DNA of 64,000 nt. Source: Candidatus Saccharimonadales bacterium. GTDB taxonomy: Bacteria > Patescibacteriota > Saccharimonadia > Saccharimonadales > UBA10212. Where the stretch lies: assembly GCA_035758565.1 (NCBI GenBank), contig DASTXL010000001.1, forward strand, positions 331,242 through 395,241. Direction: 5' to 3'. Below the pieces are notes generated by a model. The model was not told the DNA's origin. It saw only the letters and a program-made list of their open reading frames with translations, and did not search any database. Of this stretch, positions 9,332 to 17,193 are shown in pieces. Within the stretch, counting starts at the first letter, position 1, and each line of letters starts with the position of its first letter. The position numbers and the translations under genes are program-made.

Positions 9332-9359
9332 ATGTCGCACAATGTATATTTTGCGACTC
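9332..9359. other. dif-like 11-6-11 site (candidate Xer recombination site)
   Basis: ATGTCGCACAA-TGTATA-TTTTGCGACTC. Inverted arms GTCGCA/TGCGAC around a TGTATA centre, in a 616-bp AT-rich gap between convergent genes. Confidence 0.3.
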
Positions 9360-9748
9360 TATATATCTTATGTGGAGATGATGAACTATACCCCGAATAA
9401 CAGGGGTGTTTTTAATAAATGGCTAATAATTAGATTATTTACCGCTCTTTTATATAATCGTACCGCATTATATTTATACGTTGGTCTACAGACAAACCCG
9501 CCATCTATTATCGATAGTCATGTTGTGACCCTGGCCAAAGTTATCCACAGTAAGTACATTGTTTGACTTTTGTGTTATTTCGTATTGTTTTTATATATTT
9601 TCCCTTTTTCCCTGATTTATTGCTCTATTTGACTTTATGTGAAAAAGACAGCCTTGCTCCCCACCAGTCGATCATTAGCATTAAAGATGAGATTAAACAA
9701 AATACGAACACGAGAGAGAAGAGATAGTGATCATAATCACACTTTTAA

Positions 9749-10303
9749 CTATTTAGTGACTAGCTCGTGAAACGGCCGGCGCTTAGAGGTGGAAGTTAAC
9801 CTGAGCACCTCCCAACTCACCAACTCAATCCCCCGCCCCTTAGGAAATAGCTCTGACGCCAGCTCCAGCGACCGTGCATCAAAAGGAACACCGAGGCGAA
9901 CGCTAGCGTGCGGATAATAAAACATGGCATTGGAGCTGAGCCCAAAGCCGCCGCCCCTCAGGTGCGCCAGCAAACTGATGTGTTCGCGCCCTAACACCGA
10001 TGACATGGCCATGACTATGGCGCTGGTAATTTTATAGGGCCCGCCTGTTAAATTCGATAAATAACTTACGCGAACGTGCGCCTCGGGTTTGATCAAACGG
10101 TTAAGAGCCGGAGTTATGGCTCTTAGAATTTCTTCGTCGCTCATAGTCACGCTCGGATGTATGCCTTGCAGCAGAGTTACGTGCGGCGGGTCGTCTCTAT
10201 AAGGCGAAGCCGGCATTAATTGCCTGACGCGCTCTAAATCCCTGCTTGCTTGCTCGTCAAGATGCAGTATCACAGAAAATTCATCATGTTTTTGTATTTG
10301 CAT
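9749..10303 (-). CDS. 2H phosphoesterase family protein (2'-5' RNA ligase / cyclic phosphodiesterase-like)
   Basis: Two H-x-T/S-x motifs (PPHVTLL and PHASVRL) with the spacing typical of LigT/ThpR-like proteins. Confidence 0.7.
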   Translation of the reverse strand: MQIQKHDEFSVILHLDEQASRDLERVRQLMPASPYRDDPPHVTLLQGIHPSVTMSDEEILRAITPALNRLIKPEAHVRVSYLSNLTGGPYKITSAIVMAMSSVLGREHISLLAHLRGGGFGLSSNAMFYYPHASVRLGVPFDARSLELASELFPKGRGIELVSWEVLRLTSTSKRRPFHELVTK

Positions 10304-10338
10304 AGTGTTTATATTTTACAACAAAGGGCTCTGTTGGC

Positions 10339-11085
10339 CTAGTTGGCGTCTCGACGCAAGAACAAACTCCAGCCAATCAGCCATCCCACTACCAAGTAGA
10401 GACTAAACACTAGCGCCCCCTTCCCTGGTGAAAGCGAGCCACCTTTGATAGTCTGTTCGCTGAATACCTGACTCAAAGAAGTGAACGGCAAATAGACGGC
10501 GTTGCTTTTTAGCAATAGTCCAAGTAATTGTTCTATGGCACCCGGAACAATAAACAACGAAGCGATAGCCCCTACTTGATTACGCGCCAAGGTAGCAATC
10601 AACAAAGCGGCCATGCTATAGCCCCAGCCATAAAACAGGCTACGCCAGGCTAAATCACCGTAATGTAGCACCTGATGAGCCGGAGTATGGCCGGCAGCAT
10701 GCACTCCTAGATAAGTCATTACTGGCGACAAGACAGCTAAGAAAGCCGTCACAACCAACGCATACGTGCTGATAGCTAGTACTTTAGCCAGCAGAACCTT
10801 GCTGCGGCTACTGCTGTTGGTCAAAGTATACATAATAGTGTTGTAACGATACTCGTGAGTCATCAACAAGATGGCAATAAGGGCGCCAAAAATTGCTACA
10901 CTTGTCACGGCTCCTGACACCGCAGTAGAAAGCATGTCTGGCTTATTGTAGTCAGCTGCCGTCAATCGAAAGCCTTGAATATAGAAAGCAAACAAAATTA
11001 CTAGAGCTATTGAGATACCCGTTAGAATATAAGTCGAACGGACACTGAGGAGTTTTTTGAATTCTGAGCGTAGGGCTGTTTTCAT
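10339..11085 (-). CDS. ABC-2 type transporter permease
   Basis: 248 aa, about 6 predicted TM helices, start/stop-adjacent to the ABC ATPase. Confidence 0.7.
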   Translation of the reverse strand: MKTALRSEFKKLLSVRSTYILTGISIALVILFAFYIQGFRLTAADYNKPDMLSTAVSGAVTSVAIFGALIAILLMTHEYRYNTIMYTLTNSSSRSKVLLAKVLAISTYALVVTAFLAVLSPVMTYLGVHAAGHTPAHQVLHYGDLAWRSLFYGWGYSMAALLIATLARNQVGAIASLFIVPGAIEQLLGLLLKSNAVYLPFTSLSQVFSEQTIKGGSLSPGKGALVFSLYLVVGWLIGWSLFLRRDAN

Positions 11086-12011
11086 TATTTAACCCCCTTG
11101 TGCGAGGTATATTCTTCAGAACCTTCTGTTAATTCTAAGAAGGCTTCTTCAAGTGAGGCTTCGCGCTTTGATAACTCTAGAACAGTTAAGCCCGCACCAA
11201 ATGCCAGTTTACCGACTTCGTCAGTTTTAACTCCGGAGACACTAAAGCCGCCGGCAGTTTTTTCATAGTCAAACTTCTTATTACGCAGCAATTCCTCTAG
11301 CTTGGAGGAGTTAGTAGATCTAACAAAAATACCAGTATGCGAACTACCGGCGATTATTTTCTCTACAGATCCGCTGGCTATTAGTTTGCCCTTGCCAATT
11401 ACAACTACGTTATCGGCCATTTGTGACATTTCGCTAAGCAAATGAGACGACACAAAAACGGCGTTGCCGTCTTTGGCATAATCTTTTATGAACTGACGCA
11501 GCCAAGCTACGCCTTCGGGGTCGAGACCGTTGGCTGGCTCGTCCAAAATCAGGTACTTAGGCTTGCCCAGCAAGGCCGCGGCAATACCCAAGCGCTGGCT
11601 CATGCCAAGGCTAAATTTGCCAGGAGATTTTTTGCCAACATCGGAAAGACCGACGATATCTAAGACTTCGTCAACACGGCTGTAAGGAATGTTGCCGGCG
11701 GCAGCTAAAACCTTGAGGTGGTTTACGGGCGTACGCGTAGGATGAAAGGCCTTAGCCTCCAAGAGAATGCCAACTACTTTAGAAGGCTGCTCGTATTCGT
11801 TAAGCTTTTTTCCGTCATAAGTGACGCTGCCGTTGCCATAATCTAGACCGAGCATCAGACGCATGGTTGTTGATTTACCAGCGCCGTTAGGTCCTAAAAA
11901 GCCAGTAACTTTACCCGGTTCAACGTTAAAAGACAGGTTGTCGACCGCTAATTTTTTATCACGAAAATTTCGGCTGCGGTATGATTTGGTTAAACCATTA
12001 GCTTTAATCAC
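11085..12011 (-). CDS. ABC transporter ATP-binding protein
   Basis: Walker A GPNGAGKST, signature FSLGMSQR, Walker B LILDEP. Confidence 0.9.
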   Translation of the reverse strand: MIKANGLTKSYRSRNFRDKKLAVDNLSFNVEPGKVTGFLGPNGAGKSTTMRLMLGLDYGNGSVTYDGKKLNEYEQPSKVVGILLEAKAFHPTRTPVNHLKVLAAAGNIPYSRVDEVLDIVGLSDVGKKSPGKFSLGMSQRLGIAAALLGKPKYLILDEPANGLDPEGVAWLRQFIKDYAKDGNAVFVSSHLLSEMSQMADNVVVIGKGKLIASGSVEKIIAGSSHTGIFVRSTNSSKLEELLRNKKFDYEKTAGGFSVSGVKTDEVGKLAFGAGLTVLELSKREASLEEAFLELTEGSEEYTSHKGVK

Positions 12012-12078
12012 TAGATCAGTATAGCATTAAATATTTTCGAGTCTATAATTAGCAGTAAGTAACATAAGGAGGGTCATT

Positions 12079-12504
12079 ATGCGTAATCGAGTTTTAGTTC
12101 TACTGCTTACAGTAATAGTTATCGCGGTGGCGGCATGGGCGATCTTTGGTTCTGGAGGCAACAAAGACAATAATGGTTCGAATACAAATTCCTCCACGTC
12201 CTCTCAAACAAATAACTCAAATAACAATTCCAGCAGCACGCCAGTTGCGACCAACAAAGTTAGTATTGCGAACATGGCCTTCAGTCCGGCTGATATTACC
12301 GTCAAAAAAGGCACTACGGTGACATGGACCAATAACGACTCCATTGAGCACACCGTAACCGAAAATGATGGCAAGAACGGGCCGAGCGCTCCACCGCTAG
12401 CTAGTGGTAAAAGCTACTCTTTTACCTTTAACGAAACGGGCACCTTTAACTATCACTGCTCGATTCACCCCGAAATGACCGGATCTGTTACCGTCACCGA
12501 TTAG
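12079..12504 (+). CDS. membrane-anchored cupredoxin (plastocyanin/amicyanin-like blue copper protein)
   Basis: N-terminal TM helix, N/S-rich linker, type-1 copper ligand pattern H(EHTV)...YHCSIHPEM (C-x2-H-x2-M). Confidence 0.8.
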   Translation: MRNRVLVLLLTVIVIAVAAWAIFGSGGNKDNNGSNTNSSTSSQTNNSNNNSSSTPVATNKVSIANMAFSPADITVKKGTTVTWTNNDSIEHTVTENDGKNGPSAPPLASGKSYSFTFNETGTFNYHCSIHPEMTGSVTVTD

Positions 12505-12528
12505 GTCCCTTGCTCAAATAACCTAGTA

Positions 12529-12555
12529 GGCGCCCCTTAGGTTTTAAGGGGCGCC
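12529..12555. terminator. perfect 11-bp hairpin between convergent genes
   Basis: GGCGCCCCTTA-GGTTT-TAAGGGGCGCC. No clear U-tract on either side. Confidence 0.45.
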
Positions 12556-12658
12556 ACTCTGTCAATTTCGGAGTTCTCCTTGCTCATAGGCAATGCCTCC
12601 TTAATTGCAATCCTAGTATCCCGCAACTAACGCTGCCTCTCTGTGAGAATTCCCGCGT

Positions 12659-12817
12659 TTAATCATCCTTAGACGGTGGAACTTTGCCGCCTTCGCGTCG
12701 GGCTTTAGACAAGCCGACCGCTACCGCTTGTTTTTTGTTTTTATACCTGCCCTGATGCTTATGCTCGTGCATCGCTTGTTCTACTTCGTCTTGAGCCTTT
12801 TTGCCATACTTCGCCAT
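12659..12817 (-). CDS. small basic protein (52 aa), below the ORF-track cutoff
   Basis: Hand translation gives MAKYGKKAQDEVEQAMHEHKHQGRYKNKKQAVAVGLSKARREGGKVPPSKDD, preceded by a strong G-rich SD (AAAGGGGGGATTTTTAATG). It resembles a widespread small conserved protein type (recalled from memory, not searched). Confidence 0.7.
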   Translation of the reverse strand: MAKYGKKAQDEVEQAMHEHKHQGRYKNKKQAVAVGLSKARREGGKVPPSKDD

Positions 12818-12893
12818 TAAAAATCCCCCCTTTGCTAAATAAACAATGTAGAAGATCTAACCGTCTACACGCTGTTAGATTATTAACTTTAAG

Positions 12894-13751
12894 CTACTTG
12901 TAAAAAACTTTTCCTGCCACTCGAACATCAAGATACTGGGCGGGGTCCTGATGTTCGGCAGCAAATTGGTGTCTAGCGGCCAAGAATTGCCCGCTTTGCA
13001 GCGTGGCGTTGCCACCGATATAGAATTTTACAAGATAATTTTTATCAGAAGTTTTGAGGTCTAATTCTTGGGCAGCCGCCGGCAGAACGAGCGACTTTAT
13101 AGGCACCTTTGCCCTCTGGCACTGTGCTACCACCTGAGCGATAAAATCCACTTCGCTGGCGCTAACAGCCGCCTGGCCAAGCTTGGCACGGTAGCCACTC
13201 TGATCGTCTATCAGCGGCAACGACTTAGCGGAAGACAAAGACGCGGCATTTGCTACCAGCACGCCATCCGAAGACAGAACGTAGGTTTGGCTTTGATTCC
13301 TATATAAGAACTTGGGGGTAGCGATGGTCAAATGGATAATTGGCTTTTGGCCAATTATGGGCAACTCTACATCAGCCGAGGATATCTCGGGGAATTCTTT
13401 CTTGAGGTCGCTCACCAAACTAGTCTCGTCAAAACTAAGCTTGGTGCGGTCTTTGATACTTTTTAACTTAACGGCTGCCGCTGACTGATAAGCCGATGCT
13501 GGTCGATAAATGCTGCTGCTGACAATAACTTTAGGATCAGGTTTAACAATCAAGCTGTAAACAAAGCAAAAAACAATCACTAAAACAAAAAGCCAGTCAA
13601 AGTACTGGGCAAACCTTTTGTGCCAAGAGATCTTTGGTACCTTGCTAACAAACGGGCTGCTGTCTTTTGGTGTGCCACGGTAGTACTTGGTCATTGATGA
13701 GCGTTGAGCGCGCGCTTTTATCCGGGTCCTACCGTTACCACCCTCGTGCAT
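12894..13751 (-). CDS. ftsQ: FtsQ/DivIB-like cell division protein
   Basis: 285 aa, single N-terminal TM helix, POTRA-like region, located directly downstream of murG in the dcw cluster. Confidence 0.55.
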   Translation of the reverse strand: MHEGGNGRTRIKARAQRSSMTKYYRGTPKDSSPFVSKVPKISWHKRFAQYFDWLFVLVIVFCFVYSLIVKPDPKVIVSSSIYRPASAYQSAAAVKLKSIKDRTKLSFDETSLVSDLKKEFPEISSADVELPIIGQKPIIHLTIATPKFLYRNQSQTYVLSSDGVLVANAASLSSAKSLPLIDDQSGYRAKLGQAAVSASEVDFIAQVVAQCQRAKVPIKSLVLPAAAQELDLKTSDKNYLVKFYIGGNATLQSGQFLAARHQFAAEHQDPAQYLDVRVAGKVFYK

Positions 13752-13753
13752 AG

Positions 13754-14938
13754 CTACACTTTGCCTTTTTTGGCAACATTTGCAATAACGACAGCTAAAT
13801 CTTTAGCGGCGTTTGGCTTGGCCAGTTTTGCTAAATTCTTGGCGAGTTGAAAGCGACGGTGGTCGTCACTTAAAAGTTCATTTATGACCGCCAGGAGCTC
13901 GTCTGGTTCGGTTTCTTCTGGCAGAACAACGGCCGCATCGTGTGCCGATAGCTCCTCGGCGTTTTTTAGTTGGTGCCCGCCAGTCAAGAATGGGCTCGGT
14001 ATGATTATGCAGGCTTTATTGAAGAGCGCGTATTCAGCCAATGATGTTGCCCCCGCTCTACTGAATATAAGATCGGCTGCCGCTTGATATTTGTAAAAGT
14101 CTGAAGAAAAGCCAAATACTTTTACCCTTTTGAGTTCTGTCGGGTCTAGCAGATCTTCGTAAGCCTTTTTAACAGCTTGTTCATGGGCAGACCCGCTGAA
14201 GTGGATAATATGCAGCGCCAAATTACTCTTCATTAAGTGCGGCGCAACTAGGGTAGTAAGATCATTAAGTTTCTTTGAGCCGTTGCCTCCGCCCGCCACC
14301 AACAGAACTTGGCTGGCAGCCGGCAATTTTATGGCCGTTTTAAATTTAGCTAAGCTAGTTGCACCTACCGATTTAATGTCGGGCGAAGATACAGGTACGC
14401 CCACGTATTTAATTTTATTTTTGGGGTAGTGATAGTATCTTGCCGGCATACCGGTGGCATTAACCACCGCCCACCTGCCAACAATTCGGTTAGCTAGCCC
14501 CGGGACGCTATCAGAATCATGGGTCACAATTGGGATTCTTAGAAGCTTAGCAGCAATTCCTACCGGCACCACTACGAATCCGCCTTTGCTAAAAACAACA
14601 TCCGGGTGGACTTTACGCAGAATTTTTATGGCCGAGCCGATGCTCGCAATAACCTTGAAAAAATCACGTATATTCAGGACTATTGTTCGCCAATCGAGCA
14701 AATGAGACAACAAGCTCTCGCTGTGGTAGCGACGAAACTTGCCACTATCAATAAAGCTCATAAAATCAAAATCGGCTGAGCTAGTTTGCAAGCTGTCGAA
14801 TCTATCGCCCTTATGGCCAATGTAGACAATCTCGCAATTAGAGTCGAGCTGTTTAAGTTCGTGGGCGAGTGACAATAGCGGAGTTATATGCCCGCCCGAT
14901 CCGCCGCCCGTCAATACTATTACCTGCGATTTTTTCAT
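13754..14938 (-). CDS. murG: UDP-N-acetylglucosamine--N-acetylmuramyl-(pentapeptide) pyrophosphoryl-undecaprenol N-acetylglucosamine transferase
   Basis: LTGGGSGGHITP N-terminal G-loop, GT28 architecture, dcw context. Confidence 0.9.
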   Translation of the reverse strand: MKKSQVIVLTGGGSGGHITPLLSLAHELKQLDSNCEIVYIGHKGDRFDSLQTSSADFDFMSFIDSGKFRRYHSESLLSHLLDWRTIVLNIRDFFKVIASIGSAIKILRKVHPDVVFSKGGFVVVPVGIAAKLLRIPIVTHDSDSVPGLANRIVGRWAVVNATGMPARYYHYPKNKIKYVGVPVSSPDIKSVGATSLAKFKTAIKLPAASQVLLVAGGGNGSKKLNDLTTLVAPHLMKSNLALHIIHFSGSAHEQAVKKAYEDLLDPTELKRVKVFGFSSDFYKYQAAADLIFSRAGATSLAEYALFNKACIIIPSPFLTGGHQLKNAEELSAHDAAVVLPEETEPDELLAVINELLSDDHRRFQLAKNLAKLAKPNAAKDLAVVIANVAKKGKV

Positions 14939-16112
14939 TACTACCTTGCGGTTCGGTTACTCTGTAACTAGTATACCGTGAAATCTGAAAAATCAGTCCC
15001 AGAGCCCCTGTTAGAAATATTAGACTGGTACCACCCTGGCTAACAAGCGGCAACGTTATGCCTTTTAGTGGCAGTAGGCCCGTCATAGCTCCGACATTGA
15101 TTATCATCTGTACCGATAACCAGGCCATAACGCCAATGGTAATAAGTCGACTGAACTGGTCTGTGGTGCGCTCGGCAATGTATTTAAAACGAGTTATGAA
15201 AGCTCCATAAATTACCAGCAAAACTACAGTGCCAATGAAGCCAAACTTCTCAGCGATGATAGCGAAAATTGAGTCGTTCGAGGCTTCTGGCAAATAACCG
15301 TAAGCTTGCACGCTATAACCCAACCCGAGCCCAAATAAACCACCCGAGCCCACCGAAATTAGAGCCTGGCACTCTTGATAGCCAGTGCTCTGGCAATTCG
15401 TTTCGGGGTGCAAATAGGTAGCGAGCCTTTCCCGACGATAGGCGCTTGAAGAAATGGCTAATACAAGAAGAATAACTATCAAGCCGCCAATCATCGCGAT
15501 TCGTTTCAGCGGCACCCCAACGCTAAAGGCCATAGCCGCCATCATAGCCAGCATGACCCCAGTCGACCCAAGATCGCTCTGGAATTTGGCTACTACAAGA
15601 CCCAGACCCAGTAGCAAGAATAGTAACGGCTTAAACGTTGCATTGAAATCACCCAGTTTTCCTGCCCGCCATTGAGTAGTCAAAAAACTAGCCATCCATA
15701 CTAAAAGCGCTACCTTTATGAGCTCGGCAACCTGGAACGAAAAGCTACCTAGTCTAATCCATCGATGTGCCGGATAGGCAGCATTTATGGGGGTAACCAT
15801 TACGATCAGGCAGCCGATAATTGCCGCAATGGCTAACGGCTTAGCCGACCTACGCCAAATCTCAACAGGTATGTGCGCCGCCAAGGCAAAGGTAGCCGCG
15901 CCCAAGCCTACGGCTATTAATTGTTTGGTTATGAAGTAGTTCTGACTAATGTGCTGGCTAACAGCCAACGCCGGACTGATTGAATAAACGACCACCAATC
16001 CGATCACCATTAATAAGGCGCTTAAAATCAAAATCCAATAGTCGGGCTTGTGTCGCCTGGAGCCTTCGCCCGCTTGCGACCTGATGGCGCTTCGTCGGGG
16101 CCGACCGTCCAC
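14853..16112 (-). CDS. ftsW: FtsW/RodA/SpoVE (SEDS) family protein
   Basis: About 10 TM helices with conserved SEDS blocks (PSEFAK-like EASNDSIFA, LPLKGITLPLVSQGGTS). The 3' end overlaps murG by 86 nt. Confidence 0.9.
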   Translation of the reverse strand: MDGRPRRSAIRSQAGEGSRRHKPDYWILILSALLMVIGLVVVYSISPALAVSQHISQNYFITKQLIAVGLGAATFALAAHIPVEIWRRSAKPLAIAAIIGCLIVMVTPINAAYPAHRWIRLGSFSFQVAELIKVALLVWMASFLTTQWRAGKLGDFNATFKPLLFLLLGLGLVVAKFQSDLGSTGVMLAMMAAMAFSVGVPLKRIAMIGGLIVILLVLAISSSAYRRERLATYLHPETNCQSTGYQECQALISVGSGGLFGLGLGYSVQAYGYLPEASNDSIFAIIAEKFGFIGTVVLLVIYGAFITRFKYIAERTTDQFSRLITIGVMAWLSVQMIINVGAMTGLLPLKGITLPLVSQGGTSLIFLTGALGLIFQISRYTSYRVTEPQGSNEKIAGNSIDGRRIGRAYNSAIVTRPRT

Positions 16113-16114
16113 CG

Positions 16115-17152
16115 TTACCTGCTCCCAAGAATATAAACTATAATGCCAGCGAACGCCGCTATCTGGCCGAGTACCCAGAAGCGCATGGTAATTTTAGTTT
16201 CTGGCCAACCGATTGCTTCAAAGTGATGATGTATAGGACTAGACAGAAAAACTTTTTTGCCGTTCCTAAATTTTTTGCTGGTTATATTAATAACTACCGA
16301 ACCGGTTTCGATTACAAACACGATTCCAATAATCGGCAGGAGTAAAACCGTGTTGGTTAGCATGGCCACCACACCAAGCGCAGTGCCTAACGCGAACGAA
16401 CCAACATCACCCATAAAGAATCTAGCCGGATAAATATTGAACCACGTGTAGCTAAGTAGGCCGCCGACAATCGTCATACAAAAACCAGAGACTGCGTACT
16501 TGCCTTCTAGCAAGGCAATTATGGCGTAGGCGCCAAAAGCAATCGCACTCAACCCGCCGGCTAGCCCATCCAGACCGTCGGTAATATTTACGGCATTGGC
16601 AGTCGAATAAAGTACCAGCATAAACAGAGGAATAACCCAAATACCAATATGCAAAGCGTGCCAGAAAGGTATATCAATGCTGGTCACACCCAGCTTGGAA
16701 TAAAACCACCAACCGGCTACCAAGGCTATCAAAAGTAAAAATAGAGACTTAACTTTGGCTCGCATTCCGGCAATACCGCCGCCGATACTGTGAATATTGA
16801 TGACGTCGTCGACTAGACCAATAAGCCCCGCTCCTGCCATTGCGGCTAAAGGCAGCCATGTGCCATCACGGCTCAAGTTATCTACCACTGTTACGACTAT
16901 AGTAGCAACGACAAAAATAACACCAGCCATAGTTGGAATGTTGCGCTGATGTTTGGCGGCATGTAATTTTTGGTAAACAGTAGCCTTCTCTCCTGTCATG
17001 GTTGTGGTTCTAGCTTTTTTCCACCATTGCCCGCGAAAGGCCGCTGTCGTATAAAGCGGAGTAAGAATCATGCTAACAAGAAAGCCCAGAAAGCCGTATA
17101 TGAAAATCTGCTCAATATTATGCGAGTTAACGACGAAGTTGAAATTGGTCAT
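16115..17152 (-). CDS. mraY: phospho-N-acetylmuramoyl-pentapeptide transferase
   Basis: NAVNITDGLDGLA and PIHHHFE motifs, polytopic membrane protein. Confidence 0.95.
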   Translation of the reverse strand: MTNFNFVVNSHNIEQIFIYGFLGFLVSMILTPLYTTAAFRGQWWKKARTTTMTGEKATVYQKLHAAKHQRNIPTMAGVIFVVATIVVTVVDNLSRDGTWLPLAAMAGAGLIGLVDDVINIHSIGGGIAGMRAKVKSLFLLLIALVAGWWFYSKLGVTSIDIPFWHALHIGIWVIPLFMLVLYSTANAVNITDGLDGLAGGLSAIAFGAYAIIALLEGKYAVSGFCMTIVGGLLSYTWFNIYPARFFMGDVGSFALGTALGVVAMLTNTVLLLPIIGIVFVIETGSVVINITSKKFRNGKKVFLSSPIHHHFEAIGWPETKITMRFWVLGQIAAFAGIIVYILGSR

Positions 17153-17193
17153 GTCTGTTTTCCTTAAAGGCTCCTTAGATTATAGCATTAGCA

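Noticed and set aside
9541-9549. A perfect DnaA-box 9-mer (TTATCCACA) inside the AT-rich 9.1-9.7 kb gap, which could suggest oriC
   Set aside because: There is only one perfect box; the nearest variant, TGTGGAGAT, has 2 mismatches. A single 9-mer match is expected about 0.5 times by chance in 128 kb of two-strand sequence. No dnaA or dnaN is nearby. The flanking genes converge on the gap, which is the terminus geometry and the opposite of an origin.
9342-9566. Track ORFs lying in intergenic DNA or antisense to strong genes. Examples: 9342..9566, 54764..54949, 60576..60908, 61018..61236, 61577..61900, 46245..46661, 47764..48195, 31478..32188
   Set aside because: They have no SD and implausible composition (Cys/Arg/Phe-rich or low complexity). 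Each overlaps a well-supported gene on the other strand or a structured intergenic element.
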